Assembly: GCF_001194135.2 (NCBI RefSeq)
Contig: NC_068981.1
Span: forward strand, 2,680,952 to 2,744,951
DNA length: 64,000 bases
Reading direction: 5' to 3'
Source of the DNA: Octopus bimaculoides
Taxonomy: Eukaryota
Below the pieces are notes generated by a model. The model made no database searches and had not been told where the DNA came from. It worked only from the letters and a program-made list of their open reading frames with translations. The translations under genes and the position numbers were made by a program. Shown piece by piece: positions 48,410-62,130 of the stretch. The number at the start of each line of letters is the position of its first letter. Within the stretch, counting starts at the first letter, position 1.

Positions 48410-48620
48410 ATCACCATCATTTTAATGTCCACATTTCTATGGGTCAGAAGAAATCCACTGAGGCAGATTATCTGAAGCTGAATGCCCTTCCAGTTATCCA
48501 ACTTGGGTAATATTTCCCCTTGGCCTGACATGTTTCCACTGAAGACTGGAACTGGACAGCATCACCTGTATGTCAGTGACACAACCATCACATGATGTCA
48601 AGACATGGAAACACACACAC
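48410..48620 (-). mobile_element. Old (ATC)n-tailed retroposon fragment
   Basis: Related to 16978-17150. Confidence 0.55.
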
Positions 48621-49659
48621 ACACACACCCTGTTGATAAATTCTATTTTTTTAAACTGATTATTTCATTTAAAAGATTATAATTTAAAATGTTTATCTTT
48701 TAAAAAAGTAACAGATAACAATATTACAATTTCCGAACTTCAAACTTGTATTATATTTTTTTTTATAGAAATCTTTTATCTTGTATAAAAATCAGACAGT
48801 GGTAGCTATCAAATTATATGCTTTTCAGCAAATCACTTAGATTTGATGCAAGTTTCAATCAGTTTGATGATATCATTGAGTAAAATGTCTACCTGTTGAT
48901 ATATAGACTAATAATAGATTGTACATAGATATGTGTATGTGTAAATATGTATGTATGTTTATATATGTATACATACATACACATATATGCATGCACACAT
49001 ATATATGTATATGCATGTACATGTCTATATTCATGAATGCATATACATATGTGAAAGTTACATTACTGACATTTGATAGTAAAAACAATTTTTAGTATAC
49101 ACTCTTATAATAAAAGTCTGAGTTGTAAAAGATGTATTGCTTACATTACAAAATTTAAACTTCATAGAAATTTCTGAAAAGAATCCTTATATAGAGTGTA
49201 TAAAATTTGTTCTTAACGGCAACATTAAACTAGGGAGAAAGAACAAAGTGTAGCCTCAGAAAACGTCAAACACTAAAATGTGTCTAAGGGGAAAACATTG
49301 GATGAAATAGAAAAGAAAACATCTGGAGGTAATCTTAAAGGGCCTGGCCTTGCTACTGCCTGCATTGAAGTAATGTGGGATACTTTACTCCAATATATGA
49401 TTTGGGAGTAGTAAAACAGGGTATTTTAAAGACTGGCATCAGTACTATGGAAGAAGATAACCTGCTGTGGAATGATCCAGTTACTGTTATAAAATAGCAC
49501 TGCAGGTTAGGATGATGATGATGTTGATGAGCTGGTAGGATGAAACACTCATGAAAAATTACATGAAAAAGAAATACTGGAGTTATTGGAAAAAATCAGA
49601 TGAGGAATCTGATTTGATGGTTTCTAAGTGATAAAACTGTTTTATATAAAAAGCTCTCA

Positions 49660-49846
49660 TGCTGGTGTTACATAAAAAGGACCCAGTACACTCTGTAAAA
49701 GTTGTTGGTGTTAGAAAGGGCATCCAACCATAGAAACCATACCAAAGCAGACCATTGGAGCCTCGTGCAGCTCTCTGGCTTGCTAGATCTGTCAAACCAT
49801 CCAACCCATGCTAGTATGGAAAAGGGATATTAAATGATGATGATGA
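49660..49846 (+). mobile_element. RTE 3' tail copy
   Basis: gggcatccaaccatagaaacc...ccaacccatgctag...atgatgatgatg. Confidence 0.85.
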
Positions 49847-49992
49847 ACAGTGACCTTATTTTAACTTTTACTATAGCCTTTGCTCGTCAGCTTTCAAGCA
49901 AAAGTTTACTGAGCCAAAACAGGAATTGTGCCAGGCTTGATTTTAGCATATTAAAATTTACCACAATATTAGATTAGCTTCTTTAAAAACGT

Positions 49993-50144
49993 AAACAAGA
50001 GCATTCAGAGAGCGCAGACCTCTGCCAAGGCAACTCCAGTATCCTCTCACCGATTAGCCGGAGATGATTTTTAAAATGAGAATATCTGAAATAAATTTGA
50101 CTGCTCTCATAAATGAGAATACTGACAATGAACCCGGCCGTTCT

Positions 50145-50183
<39 letters not shown>

Positions 50184-50383
50184 AACGGAAAAATAATCCA
50201 GAATCCTTGTCTGGTACTGGATCGATCCCAAAATCTAATCATTTTGTACCAGTCACAAGGTGAAACATACTTGAAAGTTTCATCTGAATCCATCCAGCGG
50301 TTCTTGAGATATTTTGTCCATGGACAAACAAACAAACACAACTGAAACCAATACCTCCGCCTTTGCTAAGGCAAAGGTAGTAA
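49993..50383 (+). mobile_element. Helentron-associated non-autonomous element (DINE-1/HINE-like)
   Basis: 5' subterminal acctctgcc at 50018; (ACAA)n near 3' end; 3' hairpin acctccgcctt-tgct-aaggcaaaggt at 50353-50378; internal poly-A. Confidence 0.65.
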
Positions 50384-50854
50384 CTGTGGTAGTACACAGG
50401 GGTTGTATTTTGTAGCTAAAAATCAGTGATGTCTCTTTATTCATTCATGTGGGAGGTCACATTATATACAAGATCAGTTTGTACTGAGGGTGAATACAGT
50501 ACTTTTTATTTGAATCAAGTTGGTGTCAGCTGCAACTGAAAGTAAAATTACAAGGTTACACATTTCCCTGCTGTACTAAACTAACAAACCAACCATTGTC
50601 AGCAGAGCAAGACACACACAAAAAAAAAATAGATATAAATTATTTGTGAATCTTTTCTGTGTGTAAAATCCTTTGTCAACTTATCAAGCAGCTTTGAGCT
50701 GACTGCATTCTGCAGATGATGGCTAATAGACCGGAACATGATCATAGGTGTTCCTTGACTGCAAACAAATACATTTTTAATACTTTTTTTTTTCACTTTA
50801 TATATAGACTCTATTTAGCAATAGATGTTTTAGTACCTTATCTAATAATCCTCT

Positions 50855-51065
50855 CTACTATAGGCACAAAGCCCTAAGTTTTAGTAGGAGCATGCTAGTT
50901 GATTACATCAACCCCAGTGCTCAGCTGGTACTTATTTTATCAATCTTGAAAGATGAAAGGCAAGGTTGGCCTTGGTGGAATTTGAACTCAGGACTTAGAA
51001 CCAGGAGAAAAAACATGACTCAGCATTTTGCCCAGCATGCTAATGCTTCTGCCAGCTCACCTCCT
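50855..51065 (-). mobile_element. SINE family A
   Basis: ctggtacttattttatc...gatgaaaggcaagg...gaatttgaactcag...ctgccagctcacc. Confidence 0.85.
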
Positions 51066-52989
51066 TAGCCGTCCATTCAATAATGAAATGTATTTCAGAA
51101 ATGCGTTATTTCTAAGATTGTGGGGAATCTTTTTGCTTTTGTGCTCTCATAAATATTACATGTTTTTGTTATATTGTTTAGAATTATTTTGCTTTATATC
51201 ACTTTTTGTTGGTATTATTTTAGGTGATTTTTAACAATGATTTTAGTAAGAAATTTAATTCAGTGTACTTTTGTAAATCATAATTTAAAAATCATATTTT
51301 TAAATGAAATATATTTAAGTAATCAATATCACTTGCATTTCTAGAGGCCAACTCCTATGTCATCTCATTATATATGTTGAGTACTACTTTATGTGTAACA
51401 ACTATTAAATCAGCAGCAGTGTCTTTCTCCTGGGTTACCTGCATTATCTAAAGCCCATCAATGATACACAGACTGCTGGCTGGAGGAGTGACTGACTGTA
51501 CAACAGTTAACAATTCTGTTGAGATGGTTGGCAGTCTAGACAAACCTATCCTACATTTACTGTATATTTTGCCTTTGCTTGATTTTCTGTTGATGATACT
51601 TCAGATTCTAACACAAAAAATATCAACTTTTTTGTGGCTTCAGACAGAATCAGTTCCTTATTTTATAAAACTGATTATTAATAATCACAGTTGATAAATT
51701 ACCATGATGAAGTGGTCTTACAAATACAAGAAAAAATCAACTAGTCCTGCTAAGGAGGTTTTTATTTCATCAAAAAAATGGGAAGATTTTATAAAAGTTG
51801 TAAATAAGGTAAACTTAAAAGTAACCACTTCCTTTTTGCATGTATATATTTTTATTTTATCTTCAGAGCCAAATATGTTTAATATAAACAAGCAACATGT
51901 TGATTTCTAAATGACCCCAGTTTGAATTTTCAATTTTTTTTTGACTATTTTTATCATTGTAAAAATATATTTGATTTGTTAATTTATTTATGATTTGTCA
52001 ATTAATTTATGATTAAGCAAAGAACTAAATTTTTTTCTGATTTCATTTTTATTTATTTATTGTTCATTTATTTTGAATATTGTTTTATTTTTTGATCAAA
52101 ATTAAAATCAGAAATAGATATTCATCTTTAAATTTACATTTTTTAAAATAAGTTTTCTAGTTCTTGCAGTAAAATTGTTTTTCTATATTTAGATTCTCCA
52201 ACCAATTACTGTACATATTAATACATCTTAAACTGGATGTTGAATTTATTTCAAAATTATCAAACATTTTCAAATACTAATATTAATTTATAAAATTTCT
52301 TGTGAAGTTTACAGCTCATAAATTTCTGTTCTAAATTTTTTCATGATTTTATTTTTATAGTTCCATTTAACATGAACTTATGAAGGGTAAAATAAAATTG
52401 TATTCCTACTCCTTGTACTAAAATTTTGTTGATTTTATTATCAAACCTAGAAGAAATTTTATTTTAACTTGTATGTTTTTGTCTATGATCATGTTTTCCA
52501 TCAGATGGATGGATTTGCAGAATATTATATTTCTGGTTATCCCAATTTTGGATCACAGCAAATCATGAATTATAGTAACAAATTATTCACACAAGTATAC
52601 TCAATAGAGTTAAACTGTTAATTCACTATTGGTTTTGAGATTCAGTTAAATATTAAAGGTGTTAATTGGCTGTGGGCCTTTGGTTTAGCAGTTCTGTTAA
52701 TTTATTCCACAATCAAAGCCATATTACTGTCAAATCTCTTTTGGCTACCCTTTCTTTCAGATTTTGAACTTTTTTAGATATTCTTGTATTAATTTTGTAA
52801 AATGAAGGTGATTAATTCATCTGCATCAGAAAAGTTTCTGTAAGGAACCAACTTTTAATACTGCAAAGATAAGTGCAGTCAACTATTACCTGTGTGCAAG
52901 TATGGCTTAGTAGCATGTGCTATGTTTTTGCTAATTATTTTAGCTGCCTATGAAGTTGCAAGCAGTGATAGACACACTCTCAAGCACCT

Positions 52990-53190
52990 TCATTTTTGAC
53001 CCAACAGCACATCCAGTATATGATAGCTGGAATGGAAGAGAGCTGTACAAGCATTTGGCTGGTACTCATTCACAGCTGAGTAAGCTCTATCAGGATGAAA
53101 TGAAGTGTCTTGCTCAAGGACACAACACACTGCCTAGTCCAGAAATTGAACCCACACTCTTTTGATCATGAATCAAACTACATAATTGCT
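52990..53190 (-). mobile_element. SINE family E (tRNA-derived; related fragment at ~31340-31460)
   Basis: ggtactcattcacagctgag...aagtgtcttgctcaaggacacaac...gaaattgaaccc (B box, reverse complement). Confidence 0.7.
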
Positions 53191-54067
53191 GAGAGTAATC
53201 CCTTCCCTTCCAAATAAAAGTTTACATATATCTTAGATTCCTTATTGATTACATAAAATATAAATACCACTTCATTTTGTTGAATTGAACAAATTTTGAG
53301 CAAAATTTCTTAGAACAAATTTCCTCACTTTTAAACCTGAACAGAATACTTTTATTCAAATTATTCCTTGTAGCCAAATTGCTTGGATAGTCTCACTTGA
53401 TAATCGAGTTTTTCATCTCACTTTATTTGGACCTTACTGTATTTGTATTTAGTAATCAAGTATTTTCCCTCAGCCATATTGTTAATATTCATAATCAGCT
53501 TTACTATATTCCCCCTTTTCTATACACATATCGATCAATCTTATTCATGCTGACTGAGTAGAATATGATTTCCTAAGGAGGTCTAACAGGACTGAAACAT
53601 GTCCATGACTTTCACAAGTTGACTTTAAACATCAGATCTGCTCCAATCTGCATTGCCTATATTGTCCAAAAATTTCAGTCAACTGATCTTATGGGAGTTA
53701 ATCTCTCTTGTTTGCTTTTTAAGATTTAAAACACTCCTAGAGGAAGTTTTTGTCTACTAATTGCTCAGTTGATTGGAGTTTATCAACTCTGTATTGTATT
53801 GCCAGTGTGAGACTCTACAGTACTACATAGCTAAATGCACTTTTTCCAAACTCATCTCCTTATTATTTTGGTTAAAATTACAACATTGTTTCAATTAATT
53901 TTTAATTTGGTTGCCTTTCTGATTTAATTGATAATCACTTTTTATTAATGTTTTAAATTAAAAAACACATTTTAAAACAGCTCTGCCAACTCAGCTGCAT
54001 TTATATTTGCTTGCTTCTCTTCAAATACTCTTTCTGAAACTGTAACAAGATTTCAAATGTATTTCAA

Positions 54068-54286
54068 CCCCTCAGCATTCAGATTATTCTGTCAAATGTA
54101 ATTCTTGTTCAAATCATTTTGTTTTGAATGAATCCCACACTTCATAACTTCAAGATTTCGATGCTGTGATTGTATATTTCTAGAATGACATTATAGGGTA
54201 GGTGTAAGAGGCTGGATCTGACCAGTTTGAACCTAAAACAGGTAGAATATTTTGTGTCTGATATGATCAAATTAAATGCTAAAGGG
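54068..54286. mobile_element. piggyBac-type MITE
   Basis: tcaa|cccctcagcattc ... aaatgctaaaggg|ttaa (TTAA target, CCC terminus). Confidence 0.75.
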
Positions 54287-55424
54287 TTAAACTAAAAAAA
54301 AACAATTGGGAAATTCATAAAAATTTTTAAATTATAAGTTTTCTAAAGCTTTTTACTTTTTTTTAATATTTTATAGCAATGATATTAAATTGTTTTTCAA
54401 TTACTTTTACATAATTATTCTCAGATAAATTTGTTTTGAAACCGTACAATTTATTATTGTAATAATTACAGAAAAGTTATTAGTTCTTTTGGTAATGGCA
54501 TTCAAAGAGTTACTGTGGAAAATAGTTACAAATTGCTAAGAAAAAAAAAAAAAAGGGGAAAAGAAGTTCTCCTCATATTTCAAGTGACTCGGTATACTAT
54601 CAAAAAACCTAAATTGTAATGTTTGAATTAATTCAGCAACTCCCTACTCTGAAGAACTATCAAAAACAAGTTAACTTGATTTATTGTGTTGCTATTAATG
54701 TTATATAACAAAAAAAAACAACAACTTTGTACAAGTTTTGAAGAGGTAATAGAGACAAAAATAGCATGGTTAAGGAAAGAGAAAAAGTAAAGAAAGAAAA
54801 CAAGTAGAAAAACAGATATAAGGACATGATTTGTGAGAGAGGGATTGGCTTGTGCTCTGTAGTGTAAACAGTAACCCAGCTGTCCAACAAGTAACAGAAC
54901 TGTAGTTCAAATCCCTTTAGAGGGCTGGTTTTTCTTGTCTGTTTCAGATTTGTGCTTGTATCACTTATGTCTAGTAGTTAATTTGGAGTTTGTAACAGTA
55001 GAAAGTTAATTTCAACAGCAGTTAAATCAAATTAAATTTTAAAAAATGATTTAGTAAGCATTGTAAGTCTTAAATCACATTATGTATTATGATGTCTTTG
55101 CAATTTGCTAGAAGTACAAGTGGTTTTAATCATTTTGGAATTATTGGAAAAGGTTATTAAATAATATCTGCTCAATCCTTACCATTATAAATTAGCTGTT
55201 CAATGCATCCTATCATAAAATTGAAATCAAGGAGAGGTATCTAATTAGTAATTTCCAATTAGTTTTCGGTTTTAGAAAGTAATGCAGAACAGTTTAAATG
55301 CATTTGATATTAAAGACCGTGTGAAAGAGTAACAAATAAAAGTCCTCATTAGACTCTTCTTGTGGGATTTATAATAGATACTAACTAGATAGACTTTACT
55401 GGTGTTGGTGCCATGTTATCATGG

Positions 55425-55620
55425 CCACCACTTATGTTGATGTCACATAAAAAGCAACCAGTCTACTCTGTAAAGTGGTTGGCTTTAGGAAGGGCATCCA
55501 GCCATAAAAAAAATGCTAAAGCAGACAGTGGAGCTTGGTGTAGCCTTCTGGCTTGCCAGTTCGTATCAAAACTGTCCAGCCCATGCCAGCATGGAAGATG
55601 GATGTTAAATGATGATGATG
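55425..55620 (+). mobile_element. RTE 3' tail copy
   Basis: ggttggctttaggaagggcatccagcc...ggatgttaaatgatgatgatg. Confidence 0.85.
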
Positions 55621-56022
55621 AGATCTTCACTAATAATACTACATTCACTTTCAAAGATTCATGCATTTACTCAGCCATGTAGTCTGTCATATACATAAAA
55701 ACTTGTATTACAGAGGAACAGAATTACTTGTACAATCATAAAAATGAACACAGTATTAAGAACATCAAACTGTATTTTCAGTCACCATAGTCCAGATATT
55801 GATTCTTCAAATATTGTTGATGTTTCTTCGTGGCAAGTCTGACTGATTTTTTTTTTGAAGGGTCATTATGAAATTCCTTATCAAGGCTTTTGATACAGGA
55901 GCCTGATTCTTTCTGTTACTTGCAATGGCCTTCCTGGTGGTTGGGTAGTCATTTCCCACAGACTCACAGAAAGTAACTAGCTTTCACATAGATTGCTTGT
56001 TTCAAGCTTCCTTACCAATGGC

Positions 56023-56323
56023 TTGGCTTTTTTTAGCTATAGATGCAGTAGATAATGAAATGGAGTAAAGATCCTAGTAGATTATTTAAGTAGGACCTGT
56101 GAATTTGGTAACCTGTTGTTGTATCCAGTCACTAGTTCTGTCTATTGAAACATTGCATCCAATATGCTTGAGAAGGATTCTTCCTCTGCTTCCATTACAG
56201 TTATGGGCAGAACTAGTGACTGGATGCAACAACAGGTACCAAATTCACAGGTACTACTTAGATAATTTACTAGGACTTGTGCTTCATTCCATTATCTACT
56301 TCATCTATAGCTAGAAAAGCCAA
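56023..56323. repeat. Inverted repeat, ~120-bp arms, 63-bp spacer
   Basis: 56023-56142 vs reverse complement of 56206-56323, roughly 85-90% identical by eye. Confidence 0.9.
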
Positions 56324-56329
56324 TTCGTC

Positions 56330-56900
56330 CAATATGCCACAAAAATACTTCACTTGGTCATCACATTTGTATGTAGTGGTCAGTCTTAAGCTTTGCACAT
56401 TTCTCTTCAGATCAAATCATAGAAACTGTCATGTGGTTCCAGAACTGTATCACTGCACATTCCAAAACAGTCATCACAGTGGTGAGCTCTGGACTGAATC
56501 CCATGTGATCCCTTTTAGACTGCCTGCAAGTCTGATCCAGTTGTTCAAAGTAGGTGTCTTCATGAAACTCTTTATTTTAGTTGCTTTAACTTTGTTAGGA
56601 TCAGTGTCATGGCTTTCTTCAGTCACAAAATATTGTTACTACACTGCCAAATCTGAATGAGCCATTTTCAAGAAGTGCATTCCTTCGAGAACATTCCAGA
56701 ATATCTACATACTGCCTGGGTTGTATTTGGTATGCATGTAGTCTTCTGCACACAATTAAGCACCTCCTATATTGTTCTAAATAATGTCTGTAATGGTTAA
56801 AGAAAGACCAATTTTTTCAGGTCATTCGGTGAACTATAACAAATTCTTAAACCCTGCAAATGTCTGGTCATCACTTCAACTGAAACATTGTAAAAAAGGG
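56330..56900 (-). mobile_element. Possible highly decayed Gypsy-like pol fragment
   Basis: Minus strand DPNKVKA (DPxKVxAI-like) and weak RNase H-like residues; many stops. Confidence 0.3.
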
Positions 56901-57186
56901 AAAGAGCACCCTTATAACTTATGGGAGTTTTGATGCATATGGGTTTGCTTTGACCCCTATAAATGCAGACATTCAATTTTAAGCTGTTTTCCAGTTGGTG
57001 TACATTGAAGCAATGCTTTCACAACTGGACATTGTGTCTTCTATAAATCTTTATCTCCAAGCAGAATTGTTCCTTAAGTGATTGATATCTTTGAAAGACG
57101 CTATAGGGTTATCAGTGACTGACACTGCTATAAACTGTAACTAGTGTTTATGTTTTCGTTCTGTAAGGACACAAATTCATCCCTGT

Positions 57187-57339
57187 ATCATCATCATCAT
57201 CATCATCGTTTAACGTCCGCTTTCCATGCTAGCATGGGTTGGACGATTTGACTGAGGACTGGTGAAACCGGATGGCAACACCAGGCTCCAGTCTAATTTG
57301 GCAGAGTTTCTACAGCTGGATGCCCTTCCTAACGCCAAC
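57187..57339 (-). mobile_element. Very young 5'-truncated RTE tail
   Basis: Only 2 mismatches to the reverse complement of 59531-59677 outside the (ATC)n tail. Confidence 0.92.
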
Positions 57340-57365
57340 GACCATCCATTTTATTGTTTCATTTA

Positions 57366-57800
57366 TCATCATCATCATCATGATCATCATCGTCGTGACA
57401 TGGGTTAGACGGTTTGACTGAGGGCTGGCAAGCCAAAAGGCTGTACCATGCTCCAATCTAATATGGCAAAGTTTCTACAGCTGGATGCCCTTCCTAATGC
57501 CAACCACTCTGAGAGTATAGTGGGTGCTTTTTAGGTGCAACTGGCACGAGGGCCAGTCAGGCAGTACTGGCATCAACCAGTACTGAATGGTGCCACAAGC
57601 ACGGCAGCCAGTTGGGTGGTACTGGCAATGACCACCCTCAAATGGTGCTTTTTACATGCCACCGATATGGGGCCAGCCAGCCAGTACTGGCATTGACCAC
57701 CCTCAAATGGTGCTTTTTACATGCCACCGACATGGGAGCTTGTCAGGCAGCACTGGCAATGATCAAGCTCAAATGGTGCTTTTTATGTGCCATCATACAG
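57366..57800 (-). mobile_element. Older RTE tail plus tandem UTR
   Basis: (CAT)n, gagagtatagtgggtgctttt, repeated ctcaaatggtgctttttacatgccacc units. Confidence 0.85.
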
Positions 57801-59370
57801 AAAAATATAATAAACAAAAGATTAGTTGTTTTTTAGTATTTTTAAATTCACTTGACTCACTCACAGAGGCATAGGTCACCTATTGTCAATAAAGTTTGAA
57901 TTCAGGATTTTAATCACTCAGCTATCTTGCACTTTTATTGCACAAACTAGAAATGAATGCACATTTCATTTCAATTTGTTTTATATGCATGAAAGCAATT
58001 ATAATGCCATCTACCAGAATAAATTCAATTATCTAAACATTTTCAAATGTAAATAAAAATATTTTGATAACTTGAGTTTGTTTTTGAAGATTATAAAAGA
58101 TCTTCTTCATAAAGTTTTTACATCATAAGTTTTTTTTTGTTTGTTTTTAGTTGATAACCAGTTCCTTTTTCCCCCTATTTATAATTTCCCAAAACTGGTA
58201 ATTCTATCTAGTGTCAATGACTAGTTGGACGGTAGTCAAGAGTAAATACAGCTTTAAATAGTTTTTCTATGTGCTGAATCTAAATACAAATTTCCTGGGT
58301 GTTTGGATTATTCGATTGCATGTTTGTATATCAACAACAGGAGTTGAGTATTTACTCTCTAATACTTTGAAATTCTCTCATGGGTGGTAGTTTGTACATC
58401 TCTTAAGTAACCTTTACTTAGACAAATATAAAGTATGTATATTTATTGTATATATATATATGTGTGTGTGTGTGTTTATGTATTATCTATGTATGTATGT
58501 GTGTATATGGAGATGTCTGTATACATCATATGTATATATATAATGTTTGAAGTATAATGTTGTATACATTAATCATTATATATACATATGATGTATAAAT
58601 TACTGTATAATGTTATACATGTAGAGAGTGAATCCAGTTGTGTGTAAATAGCCTTACTAGCTGTGAAAGCCTAGCAGAATTTAAGACTGAAACCCTTATA
58701 AAAACTTATTCAATTATGATATTCTTCCTGAAACCTTTCTTTTGGACCCCAGTAAAGCTAAAATATGAGATAGAATAATCAGTGATTTCAATATGAATAG
58801 ATTTTTGCCCAGGCCTGTGTTCCTTACAGGACATTCCAATTCTGTCAAGGACTACAATAATGAAATAGAACAGTAGCTCACAGTTAGAAAGGAAAAGCCA
58901 CCACCATGACCGGTGAAATGGAAAGTCATAATTTCTATTGAGTACCTCCACTCTTAAGTTACAGTGAAAACATTAATCCTTCTCAATTTACTTACTTTGT
59001 CAAGTGTGTAGAGCTTTTTAAGATTTTTCAACAAGTAGACCAGAATAAATATGTTAAGGAAGCATAAAAACAGGTTTCTAGTCTTGTTCTTAACAAACTG
59101 CAGTGTTAGGACAATATAACCAGGACCAAAATATTCTGAGGATTAAGATATAGCAGAAGACATTTGAAAGATGACTTGCATATGTCAAGGATTCAAGTAA
59201 ATAAACATTGAACCTTTGTATATTGTAGTAGATCAAACTTCATCATCTCCGTAACAAGCTAACAGGAAGAAACTCCACATTCACTATTGTAGAAAAATCC
59301 TCTACTAAAGAAAGTCTCAGAACATAACCCATATACAGTAGATGTATCTATCTATAGGAAATATATGTAC

Positions 59371-59677
59371 CGTTGCCAGTACCGCCTGACTGGCTCCCGT
59401 AGGATTTTCGAGCGAGCGTTGCCAGTGCCCCTGGACTGGCTTGTGCGGGTGGCACATAAAAGACACCATTTCGAGCGTGGCCGTTTTCGTGCGGGTGACA
59501 CGTAAAAGCACCCACTACACTCTCTGAGTGGTTGGCGTTAGGAAGGGCATCTAGCTGTAGAAACTCTGCCAAATCAGACTGGAGCCTGGTGTTGCCATCC
59601 GGTTTCACCAGTCCTCAGTCAAATCGTCCAACCCATGCTAGCATGGAAAGCGGACGTTAAACGATGATGATGATGAT
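59371..59677 (+). mobile_element. Young RTE 3' UTR/tail copy
   Basis: CpG-rich units, tail gcggacgttaaacgatgatgatgatgat. Confidence 0.92.
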
Positions 59678-60168
59678 TAGGCATGACAAAAATCACATCT
59701 TGTAAATTACAAATAACATTTTTTTAAATGTAATTAAAACAAATTTCTTAAAGTTACAGACTCCTTTGTGGCCTTTGGTCGACTGTGTATGTTGTTGATT
59801 CTTTTTAATTGGATTTGGTCTGCTTTTTTGAGGCACCGTGCCATTTAGTTAGTTTCTGCTTGTTGTTGTGCTTTAGTGGAGGACATGAGCAGGTAAGCTA
59901 GGGTTATAGTGCAGTTTGATATGAAATATTATTCAACAATAGACATGCTTGTTTCTCTCTTTCTCATTTGTTTATTTCCCAAGAAAAAGAGGAATATAGA
60001 AGGGGGAGAAGTTGCTTCCATAAATGGGATGGATGGATAAGGAACAGATTTTGTTGCCAAGCGTAGTATATTGTAATTAGGAGGTAGTTTTTAACGAATT
60101 GACCTACTTTGGAACTTAACATAGAAATGAATATAATGAATATATATGGTTGCAATATATCTTAAGAT

Positions 60169-60383
60169 AGGTGGCGAGCTGGCAGAAACGTTAGCACACC
60201 AGGTGAAACGCTGAGTGGTATTTCGTCTGTCTTTATGTTCTGAGTTCAAATTCTGCCAAGGTCGACTTTTCCTTTCATCCTTTCAGGGTCGATAAATTAA
60301 ATACCAGTTGCATACTGGAGTCGATCTAATTGACTGCCCCCTCCCCCAAATTTCAGGCCTTGTTCCCAGTGTAGAAAAGAATG
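60169..60383 (+). mobile_element. Full-length SINE family A with 11-bp TSD
   Basis: TSD tatcttaagat at 60158-60168 and 60384-60394; A and B boxes intact. Confidence 0.94.
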
Positions 60384-61524
60384 TATCTTAAGATTTAGGT
60401 TCTTTACCTTCTATAAAAATACAATATTTGTAACATTTAGCAAAACTTGTTTTCCAGTTGACAATCTAATTAGACCATTGTACAGTTGTTACTGTTTCAG
60501 TATCAAACTCTGCCATTAATAATACCATTGTACTTGCTTCTTAAACAAGACATTATTCTCTGCTTCAGTTAACTTAGCTAAAAATAGGAAATATTTCAAC
60601 TTGTTTATGCAACTTCTTCAATGTTACTTGTAGATCCAACAATCTAACACATACTGCCATGCAGAAATACATAATGTTTAATGATTTTTAATAATAATGA
60701 GAATGTTTCAGATGATTTTTAGTAATATATCTAATTCACAGAATGTCTATATCCCTCAAAGAAAACTGGGCAAAAGACATTAACAAACATCTCAGTATAA
60801 AATAAGATAATTCTTAAAATAATGTGAATTATCAGTACACATGTTTTAGTGATGTGTAATAATTTTTATATGCATTCTACTTGAGATTAAAACATCTTCA
60901 TACTATAATCCATATTATATTTTTAAATATTTTGGTAGTCGCATAGCGGGAGAAACAGTTTATTTATAATTGTCCAAAAGGTATTTCCTGCTCATTGATC
61001 TGTTATTTCTGTTCATTTCCAATCTGTTAGTCCTCTGAATAGTTGTTACTGTAGCAACTCTTAGTTTATCCATGAGCTCTTGCATAAAAGAAGATAAAGA
61101 AAAACCTGTATGATGGCTTGTTCTACTAATTTAGCCCAACCTGTTGACTAATTCATTGTTGAATTAATAAATACACGATGCTGTTATAAGCTAAACCAAT
61201 TGTTTGTTTTTCACAATTCTTCATTAACTGTGTGAGAAAAGTATCTAATTAAAATAAGATATAGAAGAAATCTTTTCTAAATTAATTATTTGATGGTTTT
61301 TGCTCATTGAATTGAGGTAAATGAAATGAAAATTATGAATTTGTGAGTTGGTTCAAATTTGCTATAGAAATGTTTAGGAGGCATTCAAATTTTCATCAAT
61401 AATAATAGCCCTGCAAATCTCTCTGCTGGAACCTGCTCTGCCCACCTCTCATAGGAATCTCCTTGTCTAGCAGGAAGCTGCTCCCTCACCTCCCCCAGAG
61501 CTCGTAGTCCTGCAAACTTCAATA

Positions 61525-61703
61525 ATGCAGGTGGCTTGAAAAAAAGCACCCAGCCTGTACTGAAAAAGTGTTTGGTGTTAAGAAGGGCATCCAGTCATGA
61601 AAACCATGTCAATGCAGCTTGATGCAGCCTTTGGATACAGTGGATCCTGTCAAACCATCCAGCATGGAACATTGGTGTTAAATGATGATGATGATGATGA
61701 TGA
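61525..61703 (+). mobile_element. Old RTE 3' tail copy
   Basis: aagaagggcatccag...gttaaatgatgatgatgatg. Confidence 0.75.
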
Positions 61704-62130
61704 ATCTTAAGTTTATATGCCTACTGCATACAGTAGTGTTGTCTTAGATCTTTAAAGACATCCACTTTTGAGTCTTGTTAATGTGTGTTCAAAAGCCATT
61801 TATTATTATCTTAGTTCCTTTATTATCTTAGTTTAAGTAAAATAAACACAGGCAGCAATAAAATGATTTTGCTAAAATAAAAAGACTTTTATTAGTTTAA
61901 TAAGCTAAACGCAAATCCCAAGACATTGAATGATGATCCTAGTTTTGTATCTTCTGTTGATTTATAGAAGTAATAATTAACATTAATGAAAAAAAAAACT
62001 CAGTTAATATACTAAAAAATCAGCTTAAGAATGTCAGTTACCATTATAGGGAAGTACCCTCTATCTAAAATAACTACTGTATTTCATTTGATTGATTTAT
62101 AATTGAGATAAAGGTGCAAGTATGGCTGCG

